The notes: generated from the letters alone by a model not told the origin. Positions 18,001 to 24,471 are shown, counted from the stretch's first letter. The stretch: 32,000 nt of DNA from an uncultured Opitutales bacterium (GCA_934613415.1 CAKTSY010000004.1:210001-242000), one strand, 5' to 3'. Program-made: numbers and translations.

Positions 18001-18297
18001 TACCCCTTGCAAGTTTGTATTCGAAAAATTTACATTGTTTAGCCCTGCAGCATAAAATATTGCCCCTGCCAAATTTGCGCCTTCAAAAGTGGCGCCTGCA
18101 TAATCCGTATTATATTTACCACCTTTGGAAAAAAGTGTTCCTTTTGCGGCTATAAGATTTTTCCAACTTGAATTTCTGCGCTCAGTTTTTGTTTTATCCG
18201 AGGAATAAGCATATGTCGTTGAAAAATCCCTCCCGCTTACGTCTTGGTTGTCGTAGTTTTCGTTGTCGGCGTATGAGAGGGTCGGCAGGGTTAACAA
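15040..18297 (-). CDS. Giant pentapeptide-repeat protein with C-terminal PEP-CTERM sorting domain; 5' end apparently frame-shifted (see 18302-18370)
   Basis: The 1,085-aa ORF is dominated by A(D/N)LxX-type pentapeptide units (NLSNANFSNAVLKDATFTNA...). A roughly 190-aa non-repeat C-terminal region follows, then VPEPSTVAAVLGALALGLAIYHRRK. The listed start is a TTG with no signal-peptide n-region. This frame has no ATG or GTG upstream before the stop at 18376-18378. Confidence 0.85.
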   Translation of the reverse strand: MLTLPTLSYADNENYDNQDVSGRDFSTTYAYSSDKTKTERRNSSWKNLIAAKGTLFSKGGKYNTDYAGATFEGANLAGAIFYAAGLNNVNFSNTNLQGVDFSSATKVSTANFENADILGATFMSGLSLEHLKTTKSYKDKTLTGIDFTGAKYAGGDFSSYDLSNTNLKNSDLTNANFSNAVLKDATFTNATILGANFSNAVLKDATFTNATILGANFTSTVDKGFTKEQLCSTKSYNDKDLTGVNFSNNELSDFAFKGINLTNAIFTESNLAKVDFSNTTLTKADFTDSDLSNANFNGAKFDNTNFENAIIKGASFSGARKNGFSIVQLYSTKSYKDKDLSGIDLSSNDLSGWNFAGQNLSSAKFYSSDLSFADLSQANLTSVNFSSATLAKTNFTNAIIKGVDLSGTVAKGFTEAQLKSTASYKDGILKSINFSNNDLSGWNLSNADLTYASFASTNLTGTDFTNTYIDHVDFGSATGFTEEQFNSTQSYKNGELSWSKFSKLDMSGWDFSSLKLNNVSFGSTNVDDADFSYCTIIGGGYGSLTGTDFSHAKISSYFASKTLTMVNFTGADLTGSNFSWTKFSNVFMKNAIINNVNFSNVTGLLKEHIYSTKSYKTGDLTGIDFTKNDFSGANFKDKNLSNSIFASAVLENTDFGGANLSNSNFVSATLKNTNFSNANLTNAVMSLGYTTVDSTANFTDADISGAQIKFSKEQLYSTKSYKEKNLMGVSFIGSGNYVYDLIGWDFSSQDLTGSKFSICYLRSASFKDAIIEGCYFKIYEPTSGSRQGVSWSQIASTKSYKEKNLRGITFEASNTNNSPFSTGNFVAQDLTNSVFKNMSIFGVDFTDAILHNTTFERVSAKKADFTRADFRGATINFVTESGYDSSPVYKNTIMADGVIKNFGMASGADNLTIRRYTPATSDGEMISAKISESNATVSGGAELKLDTGARLDIVNKKTLTIAENGVLIIDTAASDPTQIYVEALSKLVINGKVNVNITESLLDNVEYQFDLIAFEDDSNIASLKDLKPDESLYLTIKGKTFNGYWSCVINENKFTILATQVPEPSTVAAVLGALALGLAIYHRRK
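15043..15117 (-). other. PEP-CTERM sorting signal (PEP motif, TM helix, basic tail)
   Basis: The last 25 codons encode VPEPSTVAAVLGALALGLAIYHRRK. This is the canonical tripartite exosortase recognition architecture. Confidence 0.85.
17646..17776. repeat. Perfect 60-bp tandem direct repeat (about 2.2 copies) inside the pentapeptide-repeat gene
   Basis: Positions 17646-17716 are identical to 17706-17776. The protein shows the duplication as NAVLKDATFTNATILGANF twice in a row. Confidence 0.95.
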
Positions 18298-18301
18298 TGC
18301 A

Positions 18302-18370
18302 CTAATGATATATATATATATATATATATATATACGATTTCTTGGGTTGGAGCGTGTTTTTGATGTCCAT
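18302..18370 (-). other. Displaced 5' segment of the pentapeptide-repeat gene: RBS + ATG + signal-peptide n-region, ending at an out-of-frame stop
   Basis: A minus-strand AAAGGAA Shine-Dalgarno (18388-18382) lies 11 nt upstream of the ATG at 18370. Translation gives MDIKNTLQPKKS, then YIYIYIYIY from the TA tract, then H and TAG (18304-18302). The distance from this ATG to the main frame is 73 nt, which is 1 mod 3. Confidence 0.7.
18308..18334. repeat. Perfect dinucleotide microsatellite, 27 nt of alternating AT/TA ((TA)13 plus one base)
   Basis: I counted the tract directly: 'ata' at 18308-18310, two full 10-nt 'tatatatata' blocks, then 'tata' at 18331-18334. It lies between the ATG at 18370 and the body of the pentapeptide-repeat ORF. 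Confidence 0.97.
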
Positions 18371-18522
18371 TTTTTTAAAATTCCTTTAATTGTTTTTCGC
18401 GGGTTTGAAAAATTTCTTACAAAATTTGAGAAGAAAGTATTATTTTTTTGCGGAATTGGCTTTTTTGAATGTTTACTGCAAAAGGCAAATTTTTGAAAAT
18501 TGGCGCACTATTTTTTGAAAAG

Positions 18523-18553
18523 AAAAAAGGCTTTGGAGACTCCAAAGCCTTTT
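18523..18553 (-). terminator. Strong rho-independent terminator upstream of the pentapeptide-repeat gene promoter region
   Basis: A perfect 13-bp stem pairs aaaaggctttgga (18525-18537) with tccaaagcctttt (18541-18553) around a 3-nt loop. The A-run at 18523-18528 gives a U-tract on the minus strand. Confidence 0.75.
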
Positions 18554-18579
18554 GAGTTTTATTCTGAACAATTAACAAA

Positions 18580-18610
18580 TTATTTGCGGCGGCGATATGT
18601 TGTAAATTGC
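18580..18610 (-). pseudogene. Possible relic of a second PEP-CTERM gene 3' end (...YRRRK-stop)
   Basis: ttatttgcggcgg at 18580-18592 is identical to the stop plus last codons of the intact gene at 15040-15052. taaattgc is also shared after an indel. The frame reads ...FTTYRRRK-stop but is closed by a TAG 17 codons upstream. The relic is followed by its own terminator. Confidence 0.3.
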
Positions 18611-18769
18611 AATATAAAACTGCACCTGAATAACTATTCCATATATTCTAATTTTTCGCGAAAATCTTACACAAAATAATTAAATTTTTTACAAAAAGTT
18701 TATACAAAAAAGTGTCGACAAAATACGCCGCGCGCGGCAAGACGCCATATATTTACAAAACAACTTAAT

Positions 18770-19582
18770 CTACAATAAGTTGCGCTTATACATTTCCAAC
18801 TCGGCGGCAAACTGGGTTTTTGCAAATTCGGCGGCAAAAGCCACGTTTGGGCACTCTAGTTTATGCCCGCCGTTTGGCATTTGCATAAAGCTTATTTTTG
18901 CCGAAAGTTTTGCGGCTTTTTGGTAGTAGCGCGCGGCGCAGTCTATAGGCACTGTTGTGTCTGCTAAGCCGTGCACAAGCAAAACTTCGGGCATATTTTT
19001 GTTTATATATTCGCTGGGGCTAAGCTTTTTTACAATATCGCTTTCCATTGTGGCGTTTTTGCCGAACAGGCTTTCTACCAAAATCGGGCTTGCATTTTTA
19101 AACGAAAGAAAATCGCACACCGCGCTAACTGCACATACGCATTGTGGGGTAAAGCTATAACTTTGCAGCTCGGGGCTTCCCAAAAAATCGCTTGGGTTTG
19201 CCGTGGCGCACAAAAGAGCCAATAGCCCCCCTGCCGACCTACCGTAAAACGCCATTTTGCCAGAATTTAGCCCAAAAGCTTTGGCGTTTTTGGCTAAAAA
19301 GCGCGCGGCGTCGAAACAGTCTACAGCGCAGTCGCATACGGTATTTGCCCCGCTGCCTACAAGCGAATACGAAATGCTTGCGCACGCTATGTTTGCCGAC
19401 AAAATCTGCCCCAGCCTTTCGGGGAAAATTTTAAAGCGTTTGCCTGATGTAAAGCCGCCGCCGTGTATAAACACAACAAGAGGCGCGCCGTCTTTTGGGG
19501 CGCATTCTGGCAAGTGCAAAGTTAGCCCAAGCCCTAAATTGCCCCTTTTTTTATATATAATATTTTCGAACATGCGCGACAT
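18770..19582 (-). CDS. Alpha/beta-hydrolase esterase (HGGG oxyanion-hole type)
   Basis: The 270-aa ORF has VVFIHGGGF, the nucleophile elbow GRSAGG and a late HGLADTTV block. It has no signal peptide. Confidence 0.75.
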   Translation of the reverse strand: MSRMFENIIYKKRGNLGLGLTLHLPECAPKDGAPLVVFIHGGGFTSGKRFKIFPERLGQILSANIACASISYSLVGSGANTVCDCAVDCFDAARFLAKNAKAFGLNSGKMAFYGRSAGGLLALLCATANPSDFLGSPELQSYSFTPQCVCAVSAVCDFLSFKNASPILVESLFGKNATMESDIVKKLSPSEYINKNMPEVLLVHGLADTTVPIDCAARYYQKAAKLSAKISFMQMPNGGHKLECPNVAFAAEFAKTQFAAELEMYKRNLL

Positions 19583-19696
19583 ATCAACCCACTCGGCAGA
19601 TTCTGCAAAAATTGTAAATTTGTCAAAAAAATTTTACGCATAAAACTATTTGACAAAATTGCCCCAAACGCAAAATCTTTTTATATCTATAACGCT

Positions 19697-20875
19697 ATGG
19701 ACAACTTAAAATCGAAGAAGCTTACCTACCGGCTGGCGGCCGCGCTTTTCTTTTTTATGATAGGCTCGACATTTGCGGCGTGGGCAAGCCGTATACCCGA
19801 TATAAAAGAGCACCTTAACATTACCGACGGGCAGCTTGGCACAGCTTTGCTGGGGTTGCCTATAGGGCAAATGTTGGCAATGGCGGTTTCGGGCCACCTT
19901 GTGGGCAAGTTCGGCAGCAAAAAAATGCTCTCTATTGGAATGCTGTTATATCCGCTCGGCTTTATATTTATCGCCTTTTGCAACAGCTACTACCAGTTTA
20001 TTGCGGCTTTGCTTGCAACGGGCATTTTTGCAAACTTAAGCAACATTTCGGTAAACACGCAGGCCGTAGGCGTAGAAAGGCTATACGGCAAAAGCATAAT
20101 GGCGGCGTTTCACGGCGTATGGAGCTTGGCGGGTTTTTTGGGCGGGCTTTTAAGCTATTTGGTTGTAAAGCTAAACATTTCGGTTTTAACGCACTTTTCG
20201 GTTGTATATGCAATAGTGGCAATTCTTGCAATTTTTGCGCAAAAATACCTTTTGCCGCAAGATATTGCAGAAAATACCCAGCACCCCCACCCCCCCAAGC
20301 ACGGCGTAAATTTGCCCGATATGTTCCTTGTTTTGCTGGGCTTTACGGCGTTTTCGTCGATGGCGTGCGAGGGCACAATGTTCAACTGGAGCGGCGTATA
20401 TTTTAAAAGCGTTGTAAACGCCCCAAAAGAATATGTTTCGCTAGGCTATACCGCCTTTATGTGCCTAATGGCAACGGGCAGGTTTTGCGGAGACTTTTTT
20501 ATAAACCGCTTCGGGCATACAAATGTAATGAAGTTTAGCGGCGTTTTAATATTTTTTGGGCTAACGCTTTCGGTTGCAATGCCAACTATGCTTTTTGCCG
20601 CTATAGGCTTTGCCTTTGTGGGCATGGGGGTGTCTTCAATAGTACCGCTTTCGTACAGCTTGGCGGGGCGTTCAAAAACAATGGATACGGGCAACGCCAT
20701 TGCAACCGTTGCAACCATAGGGTTTTTCGGCTTTTTAATGGGCCCGCCAATAATAGGCTTTTTGTCGGACAAATACAGCCTTAGGGTTTCGTTTTTAACC
20801 ATTGCGCTTGTTGGGCTTTTAATGACTGCAATTTCGCCCCTAGTCAAGCGCAAGCTTGCCGAAAACGAAGAATAA
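19697..20875 (+). CDS. MFS transporter
   Basis: The 392-aa ORF has about 12 hydrophobic segments in two halves, split by a central loop (QDIAENTQHPHPPKHG). Confidence 0.8.
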   Translation: MDNLKSKKLTYRLAAALFFFMIGSTFAAWASRIPDIKEHLNITDGQLGTALLGLPIGQMLAMAVSGHLVGKFGSKKMLSIGMLLYPLGFIFIAFCNSYYQFIAALLATGIFANLSNISVNTQAVGVERLYGKSIMAAFHGVWSLAGFLGGLLSYLVVKLNISVLTHFSVVYAIVAILAIFAQKYLLPQDIAENTQHPHPPKHGVNLPDMFLVLLGFTAFSSMACEGTMFNWSGVYFKSVVNAPKEYVSLGYTAFMCLMATGRFCGDFFINRFGHTNVMKFSGVLIFFGLTLSVAMPTMLFAAIGFAFVGMGVSSIVPLSYSLAGRSKTMDTGNAIATVATIGFFGFLMGPPIIGFLSDKYSLRVSFLTIALVGLLMTAISPLVKRKLAENEE

Positions 20876-20928
20876 ACGTCAGCTTGCGCAGTTTTTTGCC
20901 CTGCCTTACTAAAAGCTTATAAAATGAA

Positions 20929-20968
20929 GGCGGCCAATCTTCCCCAAGATTGGCCGCCAATTTATTTT
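20929..20968 (+). terminator. Rho-independent terminator after the MFS gene
   Basis: A perfect 13-bp stem pairs ggcggccaatctt (20929-20941) with aagattggccgcc (20946-20958) around the loop cccc. The sequence aatttatttt follows. Confidence 0.75.
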
Positions 20969-20990
20969 CTACTTTACTTTTATTACCCCA

Positions 20991-21006
20991 TCTCCCTTTC
21001 GGGAGA
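20991..21006. terminator. Small GC hairpin in the convergent intergenic region (possible terminator for the regulator gene or a back-up for the MFS gene)
   Basis: The hairpin is tctccc-tttc-gggaga. The U-tract is poor on both strands. Confidence 0.25.
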
Positions 21007-21102
21007 AATAGTTTTATTTTCGATAGTAAAATATTTATAAGAATTGCAAAAAGTCAAGCGGTTTTTGTAAAAATTTTAACTTTTTTGCCGTTTTTATACG
21101 TT

Positions 21103-22137
21103 TTATATGGTGTTGCCGCGAATTAAATAGGTTTCTACCGTTTTGTTCAAGTCGGGGTTCCAGTCTAAAATCTGTTTGCCAACCTGCCTTCCCATATCGT
21201 AAAAATCTATGCTTATGGTAGAAACACCACCCTCTATTATGTGCTTCATAGCCATATCGTTGTAGGTAATTATGCCGTAGTCGCGCTTAAGCTTTAGCCC
21301 TTCGCTTTGCGACATTTTTATTAGGTGAACTAAGTCGGAATCTTGCACTAAAAACCATAGTGTGTTGCGGTGTATGTTGGCGGGCAAAACTTCGTCGTCT
21401 ACATAGCAGTTAAAACCGTTTCTTTTGCAAAATTCGCGGAACATTGCAACGGTTTCCTGCGGGTGGGCGTGGTGCGGGTTGTTTACAAACCTAAAGTCGA
21501 AGCCCTTATATTTTTCCAAATCGGGGGCAAGCTTTTCCATAGCCTTTAAAAAGTTTGTATCAAAATTCTGTATTATTCTAGAACACGCCTTGTTGGGAAA
21601 ATCTACGTCTAAATCTATAAGCAAAAGCTTTTTTTGGTCTATAGACGAAAGCAGTTTCGACGTCTGCTCCGACCTCATGGGGATAACCGCGTAATATTCG
21701 TACTTACCTATTGCGTTTTCAAGCAAAGTTGTAAAGTTCCTTTCGCTGCGGTTGTGCGAGGCAAAATTTAGCGTGGCCTTGTCGCCTACAACGTCTATTA
21801 TGCCCCTTGCAATGGCGGCCTTATAGGGCGTGCTTAAGAAATTGAAAAGCAAAAACACATTGCGCTTTTTGTCGTAGGTAGACTTAAGCACAAAAAACGA
21901 CTTGCCTTGATGCGCGCCTATAAGCCCCTTTTCTTTTAGCGTGCCGTATGCCTTTCTTACAGTTTCGCAGGCTATTTTGCAAAAGCGCGCCGTTTTGTTT
22001 ATTGAGGGCAGAACATCGCCCTTTTTAAGCATACCCGAAATAACCGAGTCTATAACCACATCGGCTATAACCTGCGGCTTGGGTTTTTCGGATTTGTCTA
22101 GCGAATCTTTTAGCAGTGTAAGGAAGTTGTCTTTCAT
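21103..22137 (-). CDS. Transcriptional regulator: GntR-type winged HTH fused to a LacI/periplasmic-binding-protein-like sugar-binding domain
   Basis: The 344-aa ORF has an N-terminal region (LPSINKTARFCKIACETVRKAYGTLKEKGLIGAHQGKSFFV) typical of a GntR HTH. The remaining roughly 270 aa alternate beta/alpha segments like a PBP type-1 fold. The gene is divergent from eda. Confidence 0.65.
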   Translation of the reverse strand: MKDNFLTLLKDSLDKSEKPKPQVIADVVIDSVISGMLKKGDVLPSINKTARFCKIACETVRKAYGTLKEKGLIGAHQGKSFFVLKSTYDKKRNVFLLFNFLSTPYKAAIARGIIDVVGDKATLNFASHNRSERNFTTLLENAIGKYEYYAVIPMRSEQTSKLLSSIDQKKLLLIDLDVDFPNKACSRIIQNFDTNFLKAMEKLAPDLEKYKGFDFRFVNNPHHAHPQETVAMFREFCKRNGFNCYVDDEVLPANIHRNTLWFLVQDSDLVHLIKMSQSEGLKLKRDYGIITYNDMAMKHIIEGGVSTISIDFYDMGRQVGKQILDWNPDLNKTVETYLIRGNTI

Positions 22138-22295
22138 ACGAGGCCTTTTAAATTATATTTATACTTAACAAACTGGCAAACTTTACTACTTAACTTTTTT
22201 TATTTTGGCAATGTTATTTTTGCATACGCATAAATAAACTTGTAAAAACGGCGTTTGCGTCGAAAATTTTTAGGCGAATTTAACATATAAAAAAG

Positions 22296-22946
22296 ATGAA
22301 AGCACAAGAAATTATAGACAGCGTAAAAAGCAAAAAGCTTATCGCGGTAATTACAATTAACGACGCAAAAAATGCGGTTCCTCTGGCAAAGGCTCTATAT
22401 AACGGCGGCATTAGCGCAATAGAGCTTACGCTTAGAACGGACGCTGCCCTTGAATCTATAAAAAGAATTCGCGCCGAAGTTCCCGAAATGGTTGTAGCAG
22501 CAGGCACGGTGCTAACCCCCAAACAGATAGACGAAGTTGTTAAAGCCGGCGCGCATTGGGCTGTTGCCCCCGGAACAAACCCGAGAGTTTTGCAGGCGGC
22601 TAAAGATGCAGGGCTTTTCTTTGCCCCCGGTATTATGACGCCCTCCGACATAGAGGCGGCGTTGGAATTCGGCTGCAGGCTTTTAAAATTCTTCCCCGCA
22701 GGCACAACGGGCGGAATGAAGCACCTAAAGGCAATGAGCGCGCCCTACAACCACTTGGGACTTTCGTACATTCCCCTTGGCGGAGTAAATACCACAAACT
22801 TGGCAGACTTTGTAAGCGATCCTTTAATTGCCGCAGTTGGCGGTTCTTGGTTGGCAAAGCCCGACCAAATTAAAAACGGAGAATTCGACAAGATTCAAGC
22901 CCAAGCCGAAGAAGCTGCAAAGATTATAGCTTCGGTAAACAAATAG
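22296..22946 (+). CDS. eda: 2-dehydro-3-deoxyphosphogluconate (KDPG) / 4-hydroxy-2-oxoglutarate aldolase
   Basis: The 216-aa ORF has the GISAIELTLRT, AAGTVL and LKFFPA (Schiff-base Lys context) blocks of Eda. Confidence 0.88.
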   Translation: MKAQEIIDSVKSKKLIAVITINDAKNAVPLAKALYNGGISAIELTLRTDAALESIKRIRAEVPEMVVAAGTVLTPKQIDEVVKAGAHWAVAPGTNPRVLQAAKDAGLFFAPGIMTPSDIEAALEFGCRLLKFFPAGTTGGMKHLKAMSAPYNHLGLSYIPLGGVNTTNLADFVSDPLIAAVGGSWLAKPDQIKNGEFDKIQAQAEEAAKIIASVNK

Positions 22947-22977
22947 TTTTTTAATTTAAAACTTTGCAGTAAATAAG

Positions 22978-23010
22978 AGAGCCGCTCCATCATTCGGGGC
23001 GGCTCTTTTT
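22978..23010. terminator. Terminator between the convergent eda and BNR genes
   Basis: The stem pairs agagccgc (22978-22985) with gcggctct (22999-23006). A T5 run follows to 23010. Confidence 0.7.
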
Positions 23011-23047
23011 GCGTGTTATAATATTTTATTTTGAAATGTTTATGCGT

Positions 23048-24271
23048 TTATTTCTTTGCGGGTTTTACATTCCACTTTACCACATATAGCCCAACTCCAG
23101 CCGAAGTTTTTGTATAGAACATTGTAAGCAAAGAGCCGTCTTTTAAAACTACAGAGCTAGGATACCCCGCATCGCCCTTAGAGCCTTCTAAAGCCCCCGC
23201 CAAGCGTATTTCGCCGCCCCAGGTTTTGCCGAAGTCGCCGCTAATTTTTGCGTAAATGCCCTCTTTGCCCTTAACGCGCTTTGCGTAGGTGCACAAAATG
23301 CCCCTGTCGCCCAAGTTAAGCAAATGCGGCGGGTAGCCTTCAATGTCAACTTCGTGGGCAAGTGTCCAAGTTCTGCCAAAATCGAAGCTTTCCGACTGCA
23401 AGAGTTTTGCGTTGGGCTTGTCGGGGTCGGTCTTGTCTTGCCTGCGCATTTGCACCAAAAGCATTCCGTTAGAGCATTCTACAACGCATGGTTCCGAAAC
23501 CGTTTTTTTGTCGGTATCCACAAATTTTCTCGCTACGGGAATTTCGCCTATAACATTCCATGTGCGCCCCAAATCTTTAGATTCCTCGGCAAAAATTTTC
23601 CCCGTGCTGCGGTCTTTCCACCATTGTTCTGGGTTTTCGTGCGGGTCTATTGTGCGATCGCGATGCTTGCCGACATATAGCAACGACTTGTTACTTAACG
23701 CAACCGCGCCGTGTGGAGCCGAAGTATAGGTTTGCACCGGCCTTGCCCATTTGCGCCCTACAGTGTCTACCGAGCGAATTTGCCAATTGCCAAGAGCGGC
23801 AGTCCTCTCCTTTTCGGTTGTATTTTTAAAAACTACCTTAGATTCTTCAAAGCCCTTCCAGCTTGTTACCCTTCTAGAATCCAACCCCGAATAAAACGAC
23901 ACTAGCAAATTGCCGTCGGGCATTTCGCAAACGCCGGCATCGCGGTCGTCTACAATCGAAGAATATACCGTTTCGGGAGCACTCCAAGTTTTGCCCGAGT
24001 CGACAGAGCGTATAAGCTGGATTTTCCCCGAAAAGCACATTTTTGCGTTTCTGTCGCCCGAAAATACGGCAATCAACTCGCCGTTTTGGCGTGCAATAAG
24101 GGTACTCCAAGCCAAATACCTATCTTTTACAAAGCAGGCGGGCTTTATCCATTCAATCTTGGCTGCGCCCTGCTCGGTTGGAATGTCGGTTATAACAAAA
24201 TCGTTGTCGGCGGCAAAAGCTGCAAACGTTGCAAACATTGCCAAAGCTGAAAATATCTTTTTAATGTTCAT
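23048..24271 (-). CDS. BNR/Asp-box repeat beta-propeller protein (sialidase/GH33-like) with signal peptide
   Basis: The 407-aa ORF starts MNIKKIFSALAMFATFAAFA. It has four SxDxGxTW Asp-boxes (SVDSGKTWS, SKDLGRTWN, SFDFGRTWT, SGDFGKTWG). I did not see a clear FRIP motif, so sialidase activity itself is uncertain. Confidence 0.7.
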   Translation of the reverse strand: MNIKKIFSALAMFATFAAFAADNDFVITDIPTEQGAAKIEWIKPACFVKDRYLAWSTLIARQNGELIAVFSGDRNAKMCFSGKIQLIRSVDSGKTWSAPETVYSSIVDDRDAGVCEMPDGNLLVSFYSGLDSRRVTSWKGFEESKVVFKNTTEKERTAALGNWQIRSVDTVGRKWARPVQTYTSAPHGAVALSNKSLLYVGKHRDRTIDPHENPEQWWKDRSTGKIFAEESKDLGRTWNVIGEIPVARKFVDTDKKTVSEPCVVECSNGMLLVQMRRQDKTDPDKPNAKLLQSESFDFGRTWTLAHEVDIEGYPPHLLNLGDRGILCTYAKRVKGKEGIYAKISGDFGKTWGGEIRLAGALEGSKGDAGYPSSVVLKDGSLLTMFYTKTSAGVGLYVVKWNVKPAKK

Positions 24272-24297
24272 AATGTCTACCTATTATAAAAATTAAA

Positions 24298-24471
24298 TTA
24301 TTTGGTTTTGCGCCTAAAAAAGCTGCGTCGGGGCTTTTCTGTATTTATGCTGCCCATACCGTGAACCTTTTTGTATTTGTCGGCAAGCATAACTTTTACT
24401 ATGCAAAATGCAAAAAACAAAACTACGCACGATGTAGAAATTAAAAATGTAAGCCAGCCGCCGAATGTCAT
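24298..24471 (-). CDS. Unannotated 57-aa single-pass membrane protein, translationally coupled to the NSS transporter (MetS-like small subunit candidate)
   Basis: This ORF is below the 60-aa cutoff of the ORF track. Its ATG (24471-24469) overlaps the NSS TGA (24470-24468) as ATGA. A perfect AGGAGG (24485-24480) lies 8 nt upstream. The product is MTFGGWLTFLISTSCVVLFFAFCIVKVMLADKYKKVHGMGSINTEKPRRSFFRRKTK, with one TM helix and a basic tail. Confidence 0.65.
   Translation of the reverse strand: MTFGGWLTFLISTSCVVLFFAFCIVKVMLADKYKKVHGMGSINTEKPRRSFFRRKTK

Noticed and set aside
18727-18738. The perfect 12-nt GC palindrome GCCGCGCGCGGC, 31 nt downstream of the esterase stop
   Set aside because: It can only form a 4-bp stem with a 4-nt loop, and the U-tract is weak. 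It could be a restriction or methylation site or a marginal terminator, but it is not interpretable from sequence alone.
19619-19657. An inverted 9-mer pair, TTTGTCAAA (19619-19627) and TTTGACAAA (19649-19657), in the esterase/MFS divergent region, considered as an operator
   Set aside because: The arms are short and AT-rich and could arise by chance. Each contains TTGACA, so they are more simply the -35 boxes of two divergent promoters. No matching -10 element or cognate regulator is visible.
20283-20295. C5-A-C7 homopolymer tracts inside the MFS gene, plus G7 at 4134-4140 in glyQS and C6 at 309-314 in uxaA, considered as phase-variation tracts
   Set aside because: The tracts are short (7 or fewer), lie in frame in intact ORFs, and occur in housekeeping-type genes. 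They encode plausible Pro/His-rich loop residues. Nothing suggests switching.
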